From the IMG/VR virus record IMGVR_UViG_3300008107_006173: DNA of 64,000 bases; one strand, 5' to 3'. Source of the DNA: a virus. Lineage: Duplodnaviria; Caudoviricetes. The position numbers and the translations under genes are program-made. Under the pieces are notes generated by a model. The model was given only the letters and a program-made list of their open reading frames with translations. It was not told the origin of the DNA and did no database searches. Below are positions 37,305-46,021 of this stretch, piece by piece; within the stretch, counting starts at the first letter, position 1, and each line of letters begins with the position of its first letter.

Positions 37305-37332
37305 ATAATAGCACCTTGTGCTATTATGTCAA
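37305..37332 (-). promoter_or_regulatory. Sigma70-type early promoter
   Basis: TTGACA-N16-TATTAT with an extended TGc. Confidence 0.7.
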
Positions 37333-37340
37333 CCGGTTTT

Positions 37341-37637
37341 TTACACCAGTTCCAACATATTTCCTGGAACCCGCCAGTTTGTGCCAAACATGCTATTACC
37401 ATTGGGCTGTTCGCGCACGATGATAAACTTCCGGTTAATCTTCTGGACGTTACCAACAACAGTACGCCCACCACGCCCGGTAAACTTAACCTGACTGCCA
37501 ACAGCGAGCTGGCGCTTGTTCTGGCTAAGGATCTGGTTGCGTCGGTAAGTAATTGCTGAACTAATTGAGCGCAACTGTTCGTCGGTGAAGTCACCAAACA
37601 TAATTGCGGTATTCACATCTTGAATTGACATAGTCAT
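37341..37637 (-). CDS. Small early protein with an SH3/KOW-like C-terminal half
   Basis: SD AGGAG; LAVGSQVKFTG...VVGNVQKINRKFIIVRE. Confidence 0.7.
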   Translation of the reverse strand: MTMSIQDVNTAIMFGDFTDEQLRSISSAITYRRNQILSQNKRQLAVGSQVKFTGRGGRTVVGNVQKINRKFIIVREQPNGNSMFGTNWRVPGNMLELV

Positions 37638-37669
37638 TTTCGACTCCTTATTTCTCAACCTACATTTAT

Positions 37670-37697
37670 ATAATAGCATCTTTAGGAATGCTGTCAA
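37670..37697 (-). promoter_or_regulatory. Sigma70-type early promoter
   Basis: TTGACA-N16-TATTAT with an extended TGc. Confidence 0.75.
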
Positions 37698-37706
37698 CCT
37701 TTTATT

Positions 37707-37844
37707 TTAATAAAATACAAAGTGAGTAGCATCTGACTTCAAAGTGTCTGACGCACGACTGCGTCGAGGACCGCGAAAATAAACACGAACACCCCGGTTC
37801 ATCTTGCGCCATTCTGCATACATACTAATCGGAAGCCTTATCAT
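37707..37844 (-). CDS. Small basic early protein, 45 aa (not in the track)
   Basis: SD AGGAG; MIRLPISMYAEWRKMNRGVRVYFRGPRRSRASDTLKSDATHFVFY; has its own promoter. Confidence 0.7.
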   Translation of the reverse strand: MIRLPISMYAEWRKMNRGVRVYFRGPRRSRASDTLKSDATHFVFY

Positions 37845-37876
37845 TTTCAACTCCTTATTTCTCAACCTACATTATT

Positions 37877-37904
37877 AGTATAGCAGATTTAGATATAAAG
37901 TCAA
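37877..37904 (-). promoter_or_regulatory. Sigma70-type early promoter
   Basis: TTGACT-N16-TATACT with an extended TGc. Confidence 0.75.
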
Positions 37905-37932
37905 CCTTTTTTACGCTAAAACAAGTCCTTAT

Positions 37933-37970
37933 AAATCAATAACTTAGCGGTGTCTGTAAGTCATTGATTT
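37933..37970. repeat. 14-bp imperfect inverted repeat with a 10-bp spacer
   Basis: AAATCAATAACTTA-gcggtgtctg-TAAGTCATTGATTT (one mismatch). Confidence 0.85.
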
Positions 37971-37977
37971 TAAAGAC

Positions 37978-38008
37978 AAAAAAATAGGGGCATTTCTGCC
38001 CCTATTTT
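37978..38008 (-). terminator. Rho-independent terminator
   Basis: AAAATAGGGGCA-GAAA-TGCCCCTATTTTTTT on the minus strand. Confidence 0.9.
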
Positions 38009-38028
38009 CATAGCCGTTTAATGGAGAA

Positions 38029-38295
38029 TTAAACGAGGCCAGCTGCTAGAGCCTTGTAGCCAGCAGCAATAACAGCACGGCTAGGAGTACCAAGACGATA
38101 GAAAGTCTTAGTACGACCCTTTGTATCAGTGTGCTGGTTAGCATAGATTGGGAAGCCCTTCATACGAAGTGCTGAAACAGTTGAGCGAGCATTACCAACG
38201 CCAAACTGAGCCTCAATCTGAGCAGCGGTCAAACCACGATCGTTAGTGCGAAGCGCCTTAAGAACGCGATCTTCCTTTGTCATTACCTTAGTCAT
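38029..38295 (-). CDS. Winged helix-turn-helix DNA-binding protein
   Basis: LTAAQIEAQFGVGNARSTVSALRMKGFPI HTH plus wing TFYRLG. Confidence 0.75.
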   Translation of the reverse strand: MTKVMTKEDRVLKALRTNDRGLTAAQIEAQFGVGNARSTVSALRMKGFPIYANQHTDTKGRTKTFYRLGTPSRAVIAAGYKALAAGLV

Positions 38296-38375
38296 ATTTC
38301 ACCTTTTCTTTAGTTAACATATTGCTAGGAAGGATATTCTTTCTAGCCTGCTAGCATTTACGCTAACATAACACT

Positions 38376-38404
38376 ATATTAGCACCGTTATAGTAACTTG
38401 TCAA
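38376..38404 (-). promoter_or_regulatory. Sigma70-type promoter
   Basis: TTGACA-N17-TAATAT with an extended TGc. Confidence 0.65.
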
Positions 38405-38413
38405 CTGGTTTTT

Positions 38414-38842
38414 TTAACTTTTTTTGTTTAAATTTGAAATCTGGACAAGTTGTTCTAATAGAGCTTCCATATGACTAAAAAGAGTATCGTTATTATTTGA
38501 ATAATGAACTGTAGCTCTTTTTTGAATATGGTTACACATGTCCATAAATTTAAAAAGTCTATCGCTGTCTGTTGCAATAGACATGCTGTTATAGTTTACA
38601 CCAAGGTCACTTGGAAAGGTTTGGTTAAAGAATGTTTCTTTTTTTAGGGTAAATGTGTCTGATTCTTTTTTATCAAACTGACTAAAAGTCACAGTAATGT
38701 TTGGATCAAACGAATAACTGAAGGAACCAAACATACCAAAGGCAGGTTTGGTCTGCTCTTTGGCTCTTTGTTCAGTTTCTATTTTCTTGCGTCTTTCCTC
38801 AATAGGGAAAGAAACAATGTTATCATCATTATCGTTGTTCAT
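38414..38842 (-). CDS. Hypothetical protein
   Basis: ATG at 38842 overlaps the HNH gene stop; DNIVSFP...RRKK N-terminus. Confidence 0.6.
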   Translation of the reverse strand: MNNDNDDNIVSFPIEERRKKIETEQRAKEQTKPAFGMFGSFSYSFDPNITVTFSQFDKKESDTFTLKKETFFNQTFPSDLGVNYNSMSIATDSDRLFKFMDMCNHIQKRATVHYSNNNDTLFSHMEALLEQLVQISNLNKKS

Positions 38843-39345
38843 GCTAGATAATCCTTCCAACTTGGGTGCTTCATATCAAACGGTAGCTTTTTACGAATGT
38901 TAGCCAATTCGTAATAGCTAGGCTTATATGGCTCGCGCCGCGGCCTAATTAGGCTACTGCCCTTTTCAAGGTTACATGGAGGACAGGCTGCTACAATGTT
39001 TTCCCATGTTGTTTTACCTCCTAAGCTGATAGGTATAACATGGTCCATTGTAACTGTGCCAGAAGTTACCAAAACACCGCAGTATTGACACTCGAAATGA
39101 TCACGCAGAGTAACATTGTACTTGCTGAAGCGTGGATACTTCTTTGCTTTCACATAGTCCTTCACCATCATTACAGCAGGCACACGAGTCTCCCAGCTCG
39201 GGCTTCGTACAACCCAATCATCATACCATTCGAGAACATGCACACGATCAAGCCAGATGTACTTGATGGCTTCCTGCCAGCCTACCGCACTCAGCGGGAG
39301 AATACTGATTGGTGATGCATCTTTATTTAATAACAGCGTATCCAT
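38839..39345 (-). CDS. HNH endonuclease
   Basis: RDHFECQYCG...TMDHVIPISLGG...NIVAACPPCNLEKG. Confidence 0.9.
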   Translation of the reverse strand: MDTLLLNKDASPISILPLSAVGWQEAIKYIWLDRVHVLEWYDDWVVRSPSWETRVPAVMMVKDYVKAKKYPRFSKYNVTLRDHFECQYCGVLVTSGTVTMDHVIPISLGGKTTWENIVAACPPCNLEKGSSLIRPRREPYKPSYYELANIRKKLPFDMKHPSWKDYLA

Positions 39346-39349
39346 AACT

Positions 39350-39745
39350 TTATAACATTTCTATATAACTATTAATATCGTTTCCGTTTAGTCTGAACCA
39401 AGCAGCATCATTTTCATTGTAAAATGTTACTATACTCTTACCTAAATAATAAGGCCATTCCATGATTTTGTCAAGAGCTATGACAGCTTTATTATTAGGT
39501 AAATCAGAAACTTTGTATTTGTAATGATCGTACTTTTTTGATAGTAGAGCATTACCAAAAGAGGTTAGCCTTATACCAACAGGCTCACCACCAATTAGGC
39601 GGTAGTTTGCAAAAATAAGTCGGTGAATTTCGTCTTTGGTGAACTTGGGCTCATGTCCCAATTTTTTAGACGTATATAAGATTATATCTTTTTCAAGTTC
39701 GCTAACTAGTTTAGCGTGAATACTTTCAATCGATATCTGCCTCAT
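39350..39745 (-). CDS. Hypothetical phage protein
   Basis: 131-aa coupled ORF. Confidence 0.7.
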   Translation of the reverse strand: MRQISIESIHAKLVSELEKDIILYTSKKLGHEPKFTKDEIHRLIFANYRLIGGEPVGIRLTSFGNALLSKKYDHYKYKVSDLPNNKAVIALDKIMEWPYYLGKSIVTFYNENDAAWFRLNGNDINSYIEML

Positions 39746-40025
39746 TTACAACCTCGCCTTGCGTGAGTTTTACTACCCTAAACCCATCGGTGGAGAAAAT
39801 CTTATTCAGGCGTTCAGCAAGGTTAAATGCGTGACCGGGATTACTAAAGGAGACTTTCTTGTACTTTGGACCAGGATAGCTCACTAATGTATTTAGTGTG
39901 CGTAGATTTATAGGGGCATCCTTAAAGAATACACTATAGATAGCGTCGGCACTTAGTACCTGCTCTGCATGGTATGTGTTCTTATTGATTGCTTCTAGCA
40001 AAATCTCTGGTTTTGGTCTACTCAT
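39726..40025 (-). CDS. Hypothetical phage protein
   Basis: Starts MSRPKPEILLE after SD AGGAG; contains GPKYKKVSFSNPGHAFNLAERLN. Confidence 0.75.
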   Translation of the reverse strand: MSRPKPEILLEAINKNTYHAEQVLSADAIYSVFFKDAPINLRTLNTLVSYPGPKYKKVSFSNPGHAFNLAERLNKIFSTDGFRVVKLTQGEVVNEADID

Positions 40026-40078
40026 ATGTGTGTCTCCTGTACACATATATTTATCAAAACTAGCTATAAAAACACCTT

Positions 40079-40342
40079 TTAATTTTTAAGGTCTATGCTT
40101 AGTTTAGCGTTTACTAGATCGTCATAGTCCTGAAATGTAAGGTATAGTGTCTGATCTTCGTACCAATTTTGTCTTGTATAGTCCATGCAAGCATGTGGTA
40201 TAAAATGATATCCCCAGTCTTTTGCACAAAGTTTGTCTAGTTTTTGCCAGACTATCTGGGGTAAAGCAAAAACAGAAGTACGCCACTGATAGCGATAGAT
40301 TTTGTTATATCGTTCAGGTTTACTCTTTAAATCCGCCACCAT
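40079..40342 (-). CDS. Hypothetical protein
   Basis: 87-aa ORF overlapping the upstream gene; start uncertain. Confidence 0.5.
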   Translation of the reverse strand: MVADLKSKPERYNKIYRYQWRTSVFALPQIVWQKLDKLCAKDWGYHFIPHACMDYTRQNWYEDQTLYLTFQDYDDLVNAKLSIDLKN

Positions 40343-40508
40343 CTACATTTACCTGCTGTCTTACTGGCTCATTCTTAGTTACAGTTACTTTTTGCGAGGG
40401 TACTGTATACAAAATACCTAACAGATAATCAATATCTAAAGTGATGCTTTTAGATCTTGATTTTTGTAGCTTCTCTAAGCGCCAAATTAATTTTTCAAGT
40501 TCTGTCAT
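40320..40508 (-). CDS. Hypothetical protein
   Basis: 62-aa coupled ORF. Confidence 0.6.
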   Translation of the reverse strand: MTELEKLIWRLEKLQKSRSKSITLDIDYLLGILYTVPSQKVTVTKNEPVRQQVNVDGGGFKE

Positions 40509-41019
40509 TGTTACGCTTTTCTTTATTAAGCCTTTTTAGTTGCTGTCTCATTTCCAGCTCAGACTTATACGGGCCTTCATAGCCGTAGCGTAATAGTGTG
40601 GTTAGCTTTGGACCGTGTGACTGTTTCCAACCTTTACCAAAGTTGATACAGTAATATCCTGCTGCGTAGTATACATCGCTGCCTTCAATTTTAGTATAAA
40701 GGGGAATGTCATCTCGATAATCCGGATGACTTTCATCTACTGCGAACGGTGTTTCGTAGTCAACTTCATAGCCCTTGATATAATATGAATCGGGCTTGAT
40801 AGCAGCTGAAGTAATCTGCTTTTTAAAGAGAGTAGAATTACCAAAGTATTCCTCTACTTCGTGATCATCCTTAAAGTTTACAAGATCCTTACCGGTAATA
40901 TATGTAAATCGCTCTTGTGCATTCTTATTTAGAATGCCAAGTTTTTGATTACCCTGATGCACTAGCCATGCAACATCTGAGATCTGCTGTAGCATTGTTT
41001 TTGATGTAATGTCGTTCAT
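40495..41019 (-). CDS. Hypothetical phage protein
   Basis: 174 aa; TATAAATA at 41041-41048 upstream on the minus strand. Confidence 0.7.
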   Translation of the reverse strand: MNDITSKTMLQQISDVAWLVHQGNQKLGILNKNAQERFTYITGKDLVNFKDDHEVEEYFGNSTLFKKQITSAAIKPDSYYIKGYEVDYETPFAVDESHPDYRDDIPLYTKIEGSDVYYAAGYYCINFGKGWKQSHGPKLTTLLRYGYEGPYKSELEMRQQLKRLNKEKRNNDRT

Positions 41020-41048
41020 AGTGTGTTTCCTTGTGTAATATATTTATA

Positions 41049-41405
41049 TCAGTCAAATTTGGGAGGCAATTCGTATCCCTCAACCCTATCAGACTGATCG
41101 TCGCCTATAGTAAAGCTAAAATTGAGTACATTCTTGTAGATAAAACTGCGCCAGCCGTTTGCGTTTAAATCCCAAACACTTAAACTTTCTTCGCTGCGCT
41201 TTCTTGGCTCAGCACCTTCTGCTAAAGACTTTGGCAAGTGTTCAACCGGGATGAGCTTTTCATCTAGGGTACATAACATCTTTCTTTCTTCGCCGTTTTT
41301 CTTTAAGAAAGTAACGGTACCTGGACCTGCCCTCAGCATATCTTTAATCCAACCTCGAGCTTTTTCGCTATCAAATGGGTGTGCTTGAGTAGTTTCTGTG
41401 TTCAT
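41049..41405 (-). CDS. SH3-like beta-barrel protein (WYL_2/DUF2693-like)
   Basis: TVTFLKKNGEERKMLCTL...SVWDLNANGWRSF. Confidence 0.75.
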   Translation of the reverse strand: MNTETTQAHPFDSEKARGWIKDMLRAGPGTVTFLKKNGEERKMLCTLDEKLIPVEHLPKSLAEGAEPRKRSEESLSVWDLNANGWRSFIYKNVLNFSFTIGDDQSDRVEGYELPPKFD

Positions 41406-41617
41406 TTTATTTCATCCAGTATAATTAAATCAGCTTGTTTACCAACAATTTTGTCAGTTACTTCTTCTCGTTCTGTATTGATCCACGGCGGTAGTTTTGA
41501 ACCTGGTGCTGCAAAAGGTCTGCGATAAACTGTTTCACCGTTACGCTCAAATATCCAAGCAAAGTCGGGTTCGCCGTTAGCTAATATCCAAAATGCTTTT
41601 TCAGCCTCAGTAAACAT
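41402..41617 (-). CDS. Hypothetical protein
   Basis: 71-aa coupled ORF (IFERNGETVYRR). Confidence 0.6.
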   Translation of the reverse strand: MFTEAEKAFWILANGEPDFAWIFERNGETVYRRPFAAPGSKLPPWINTEREEVTDKIVGKQADLIILDEIK

Positions 41618-42143
41618 TATTCTCTTTTAGGATAGAGATATAATAATCCTGTCCCTTATAAATGTTGTCTTGGAAATTATCTGCTGCATTGTCATCAGCT
41701 CGATCACTAACATATTTGTAGCAGATAAATTCTACATTCGCATCACGGCAGGCCTTAGCAATGGCATAGGCTTCCATATCAACTAGGTCTGCACCTTGAG
41801 CATCAGCAGGATCTGTAACAAAGTTATCACCAGTACTCACATGAAGACCATCTGTGCTAAATGTAATTGGAGCACAGGCATCAACAGCATCTTGACCCAC
41901 AATACAACCGGACACCTTAAGGTCTCGCTGGCTAAACTTGGTACACTTGAAGATGCCACCATGGTCAACCGTGATACCGCCTGCGGTGCCAAAGTTAAAT
42001 ACACGCTTAGGCTTATAACGCTCGATTAGTGTAGCTGCAATAATAGCAGCATTGACTTTACCCACACCCGTGTAGAACACACCTGGTTTGTCAACAAGCT
42101 CAGGTGCTTCACCTTTGAGTGCAATTAGTACTAGATCATTCAT
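41607..42143 (-). CDS. mtnN: 5'-methylthioadenosine/S-adenosylhomocysteine nucleosidase (PNP_UDP_1 fold)
   Basis: TGVGKVNAA, NFGTAGG, STGDNF, VDMEAYAIA, KYVSD. Confidence 0.85.
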   Translation of the reverse strand: MNDLVLIALKGEAPELVDKPGVFYTGVGKVNAAIIAATLIERYKPKRVFNFGTAGGITVDHGGIFKCTKFSQRDLKVSGCIVGQDAVDACAPITFSTDGLHVSTGDNFVTDPADAQGADLVDMEAYAIAKACRDANVEFICYKYVSDRADDNAADNFQDNIYKGQDYYISILKENNVY

Positions 42144-43153
42144 TATGCGTCAACCATAGTTACATTTTTAATTCCGGCGTTTAGAATATCACCAAAATCA
42201 TTTGCGCTGTCACTAAGACGCTGTAGGTCCCACTTAGCGCAAAACTTCATAAAGTAAATGCCAACATTGCTGACCTGCGGTTTATTAACTGCGTCTCGCA
42301 CAATAGTTCTACATGCATCCTTAATATCGTCGGGCTGTGCAGTAAGATCAATTAGTGTGCGATTGCGCTCATAGTCATCGCGAACACGGTGCTCTACTTC
42401 TTCGTGATCAGTCCAACGCTGTAACATGAAGTTATTGTAGTTAAATCCGCCACGCTCTCGATCCTCAAATGCTTCTGTAATGCCAGTCTTGTTCTTACTG
42501 CCCTTTAGTCGGGCACCAGGAAAGGCACTGAACACATTGTCAGTAGGGTCGCCTCGAACACACTTCTCAAACAGCACAAATTCAGGATCGCCTACATCCT
42601 TAGGCTTACCTGTTTTCTTGTCTATAACAGTCTTACCAGTCTTAGCGTTAATAACGCCATCAATTGATACGATTTCTTCTGTTGTGCCGTTGTATTGCTT
42701 TACATTGTCTGCCAGCAACTGATAAAAGTCGCTGTCTGTGCTAACAATAATATGCTCATCATTGGGATGAGTTTGTATCCAAGTAGCAATAAGGTCATCG
42801 GCTTCTGCTGTAGGGCAACGAATAACACTACAGTTTGTGCGTTCATCAAAGAACTTAATCATATTATCGTATGCTTCAAAGAAGAGTTCATCGTCTTCAA
42901 TCTCACGCGGTGTACGCTTGTTAGCAGTAACTTTGCGATTAGCCTTGTAGGGTGGATAAAAATCTTTGCGCCAACTACGACCTTCTAAACAGAATACAAC
43001 ATGACTACCATTAAAGTCTCGCCATGCTTTCTTAACGCTGTTAAACATGATATGCATCGCCATGCCTACTCGCATGTCAATGTCTTTGCCGCCGCCAACA
43101 TGCTTGGCCCGCATAAACATATTTAAACTGTCTACTAGAATGTAAGTTGCCAT
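42143..43153 (-). CDS. rnh: T4-type RNase H / 5'-3' exonuclease
   Basis: ILVDSLN, WRKDFYPPYKANR, EADDLIA, STDSDFYQL, GDPTDNV. Confidence 0.9.
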   Translation of the reverse strand: MATYILVDSLNMFMRAKHVGGGKDIDMRVGMAMHIMFNSVKKAWRDFNGSHVVFCLEGRSWRKDFYPPYKANRKVTANKRTPREIEDDELFFEAYDNMIKFFDERTNCSVIRCPTAEADDLIATWIQTHPNDEHIIVSTDSDFYQLLADNVKQYNGTTEEIVSIDGVINAKTGKTVIDKKTGKPKDVGDPEFVLFEKCVRGDPTDNVFSAFPGARLKGSKNKTGITEAFEDRERGGFNYNNFMLQRWTDHEEVEHRVRDDYERNRTLIDLTAQPDDIKDACRTIVRDAVNKPQVSNVGIYFMKFCAKWDLQRLSDSANDFGDILNAGIKNVTMVDA

Positions 43154-43180
43154 ATATAGTCCTTTAGCAATTGTATACTA

Positions 43181-43209
43181 AGTATAGCTGAATAATCGCT
43201 TTTTGTCAA
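43181..43209 (-). promoter_or_regulatory. Sigma70-type promoter for rnh
   Basis: TTGACA-N17-TATACT. Confidence 0.75.
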
Positions 43210-43210
43210 G

Positions 43211-44473
43211 TTAATTTACAAATATCCAAAGATCTTCAAAGTTTCCATCGCGCTGTTTGTGTGCCTGTCTACCGCTGGATAAACCGCTCCACCTAACCTT
43301 AAGGTGCTTTTCAAATGAGAGGTGTTTTTCTACAACAGATTTCATATCTTGGCTTATATTGTTATCTACTTTGGCGAAGTTTCTGTAATTACTGATAATA
43401 AAACCAAACTTTGCCCCAGGTTTCATAACTGCCGCACACAATTTAACAGTTTCTTCCCAATATCCTGTAAGCCAATCTGCGTAGTTTGGGAAACTTATTG
43501 TACTTTGTTCCTCACCTGGATATATTTCTAAATCAAAATAAGGAGGACAAAATAATACAGCATCTACTCGATTAGAATATTTTTCTATAAAGTTGTGCCT
43601 TGCATCTAATTGCTCACTGGGACAAAGATAAAAATCAACACTTTTGTTGCTACCAAAGAACTGACTAAATGTATCCGTTTCTTTCCACCTAGTGTATGCG
43701 CTATGCAGATGATTGGCATTATCAACCACGTTAGGTATAACATCGGTAGCCACCATATGATTAAAATTACTATTATAGAAACCAAATTGGTATGCATTCC
43801 AGCCCATGCACGGACTGAATAAAACGTCACCGGTGAATTGTGTATCTAATATACTTTTAAATGTATATGGGTTAAAGATACTCGCTTTATTAGCACCGAT
43901 CCAAAAGTCTAACCAAAACTGTCCATAGTCATCTTCTGTGTTTATGATATGATCAAAGAATGCCGGAGCACATAGACTATTTCTAATATGAAAGTTTTCA
44001 TACATAACTTTGATCAAGCCAAACACATACTGACTATCGTTAGTATATAACTTTTTAGTGTTGTAAAAATCATCAAAATTTATGTTTTTACATACTCTAC
44101 CATACTTGCTGTTAGTCATGCCCATAAATGTATCATCTTGTAAGCAATTTCCTTCTGGCAAGTCAAAATAAAATTCTAATGGATTAAGTAACTCACCATA
44201 CCTTCTATAGAACTCATATAAACTAGTTTTAGCATCAGTAACCAATATTTGATACATTTTTTTGCAATAAAGTTCCAACAGTTCTTTTCTGTTATCAGAA
44301 TCTTTTTTAGTTACTCTAGCAATAAAAGTGTCAATATCACTACGCACACCAAATGTGCCGGTGGTGTCACTAATATTAAGGACACTCAATTGCTGCCTAA
44401 AGGTAGCATAGTCCACTGACTGTAGTTGGACAGTAGACAATAAATCATCAAAGGTGTGAGTAAGTTTTTTCAT
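43211..44473 (-). CDS. Putative DNA amino-methyltransferase (N6-A/N4-C type)
   Basis: VLFSPCMGW motif-I variant, VATDV, LFCPPYFDLEIY motif-IV variant (usually SPPY), MKPGAKF. Confidence 0.7.
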   Translation of the reverse strand: MKKLTHTFDDLLSTVQLQSVDYATFRQQLSVLNISDTTGTFGVRSDIDTFIARVTKKDSDNRKELLELYCKKMYQILVTDAKTSLYEFYRRYGELLNPLEFYFDLPEGNCLQDDTFMGMTNSKYGRVCKNINFDDFYNTKKLYTNDSQYVFGLIKVMYENFHIRNSLCAPAFFDHIINTEDDYGQFWLDFWIGANKASIFNPYTFKSILDTQFTGDVLFSPCMGWNAYQFGFYNSNFNHMVATDVIPNVVDNANHLHSAYTRWKETDTFSQFFGSNKSVDFYLCPSEQLDARHNFIEKYSNRVDAVLFCPPYFDLEIYPGEEQSTISFPNYADWLTGYWEETVKLCAAVMKPGAKFGFIISNYRNFAKVDNNISQDMKSVVEKHLSFEKHLKVRWSGLSSGRQAHKQRDGNFEDLWIFVN

Positions 44474-44481
44474 ACACGTAT

Positions 44482-45222
44482 TTATTCAGTTTCGTAAACA
44501 ATAAACTCTTTAGGCCACTTTTTATAAATGTGAAACTGTGGACTATGATAAAGCTCACCTTCACCGGCACCCTTCATTTGTAGGCTAAAAATCTTTTCTT
44601 CATTTGGTCCCACACACCAAATGTTATAGTTATGGCCTCGTTTACTTTTGCTCATTGTCCAAACACAGTGATCAGTGATCCATTTAATATATTTGTAAAT
44701 ATCAACGATGATTATCTTATCTGTTTTTTTGTTTCGCCAAATTAAAAAATCTACTACATAATCATTATTTAGAGTTTGTAATAGTAGCTTAGGTAGAATT
44801 CCCTCTTTATTCTTTTTATTGAGCCAAGCGAGTACTTCTTCCCAGCCTGTAATATTATGAGATCCTAGTCGCTGCCGCCGGAGTTCTAGATTTTCATTTA
44901 GGGTTAAACCACTTTTCCAATCATTAAACTTTTGTATATCACAGGTACCAAACCATTTTTCAAATTTTTGAAAAATGATTTCAGGGGCATTTAAATAATT
45001 ACAAAATGCTTTGAGCGTTGTTGCATGTACTTGTGTATTGCTGCCACTGCCATTTTTAATACTAAAATAGATAGGATTTTCTGCAATACCAACAAGATCC
45101 ACTTTGGTTCCGGTACCTCCCAAAGTTTCAAACTGTTTAATAAAAAAGATTCCTTTGAGCAACTTTTGTAGGTTATCGCTACTTTCGTAATCTCTTCCTT
45201 CATAATATTCTTTACTAGCCAT
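44482..45222 (-). CDS. Putative PD-(D/E)XK restriction endonuclease (HinP1I/MspI-like)
   Basis: EGRDYE helix, TKVDL...FSIK catalytic pattern, FSLQMKG...PQFHI resembling HinP1I-type LQRKGG...LQF; start re-called at 45222. Confidence 0.55.
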   Translation of the reverse strand: MASKEYYEGRDYESSDNLQKLLKGIFFIKQFETLGGTGTKVDLVGIAENPIYFSIKNGSGSNTQVHATTLKAFCNYLNAPEIIFQKFEKWFGTCDIQKFNDWKSGLTLNENLELRRQRLGSHNITGWEEVLAWLNKKNKEGILPKLLLQTLNNDYVVDFLIWRNKKTDKIIIVDIYKYIKWITDHCVWTMSKSKRGHNYNIWCVGPNEEKIFSLQMKGAGEGELYHSPQFHIYKKWPKEFIVYETE

Positions 45223-45249
45223 AGAGATCCTACTGTTAATTCTATACAC

Positions 45250-45277
45250 AGTATAGCAAAAATACTAGAAATGTCAA
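45250..45277 (-). promoter_or_regulatory. Sigma70-type promoter for the endonuclease/methyltransferase pair
   Basis: TTGACA-N16-TATACT with an extended TGc. Confidence 0.75.
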
Positions 45278-45293
45278 CCAAAAATGGAGACAG

Positions 45294-45527
45294 CTAAGTT
45301 GATGAAAAGTCTTTGAGAATATCTTCTAAGCCGCTGCCGATAGGTGCAGATGCCTTTGCTTGTTCAAAGTCTCGCTCTAGATCTATCTTCAAAAACTTGC
45401 GATAGTTCTTTAGAATGAAGTCAACTTCACTAGGCTGCATCTCTGCAATCTTAGAATCAATGACAGGCTGTACAGCCTGCATTAACTGTATCAATTTACT
45501 TTTGGCTGTTATTTCGACGTTCGACAT
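45294..45527 (-). CDS. Hypothetical protein
   Basis: 77-aa ORF; start uncertain. Confidence 0.55.
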   Translation of the reverse strand: MSNVEITAKSKLIQLMQAVQPVIDSKIAEMQPSEVDFILKNYRKFLKIDLERDFEQAKASAPIGSGLEDILKDFSST

Positions 45528-46011
45528 CGGGTCTTGCACTTGCTGATCTATCTGATTGCTCCAAACCATAGTCTTGGTCCGCAACTTCGTTTGCTAAAAT
45601 AGTCCTACAAACACCGTTGAACCATTTGTTAACAATATCTTCATCACTGCGACCTTCGTATCCATTTTCCTGTAGCATCTTAACAAACTCATCGTTCCAA
45701 TCAAGTTCGATATAGCCTGCCTGTGCGTTAACAGGATTGATGCCCATCTTTAGGACATTAATATATGGTTCTTTTCTAATGTCAGCAATTTTCTTATCAT
45801 ATGCTGTTTGACTTATTTCTTCACGCTTTAATTTCAAATCAAGTTTTGCAATATCTGCGTCTTCGTTTGTTTCAGCATTGATTTCAGCAAGTTTATCTTC
45901 TAAGTCGTTGCCGTCATAGTAGTACTCGGCTTCAGCAATAGCTCGTGTCTTTCCTGCAAGTCCCCAACTGGCTGGTAGCCAACTAAACGGGATTAATTTT
46001 TTCTTTTTCAT
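45496..46011 (-). CDS. Hypothetical phage protein
   Basis: 171 aa (IPFSWLPASWGL...ELDWNDEFV). Confidence 0.75.
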   Translation of the reverse strand: MKKKKLIPFSWLPASWGLAGKTRAIAEAEYYYDGNDLEDKLAEINAETNEDADIAKLDLKLKREEISQTAYDKKIADIRKEPYINVLKMGINPVNAQAGYIELDWNDEFVKMLQENGYEGRSDEDIVNKWFNGVCRTILANEVADQDYGLEQSDRSASARPDVERRNNSQK

Positions 46012-46021
46012 AATATCTCTC

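Larger units (their letters stand above)
37643..37873 (-). repeat. Perfect 24-bp direct repeat (early leader plus SD) at 37643-37666 and 37850-37873
   Basis: ACTCCTTATTTCTCAACCTACATT occurs twice on the plus strand, each directly adjacent to a sigma70-type promoter. Confidence 0.9.

Noticed and set aside
38839-39345. HNH gene as a mobile homing element or intron
   Set aside because: It is translationally coupled to its neighbours and does not interrupt a recognisable gene, and there is no intron structure; treated as an ordinary free-standing HNH.
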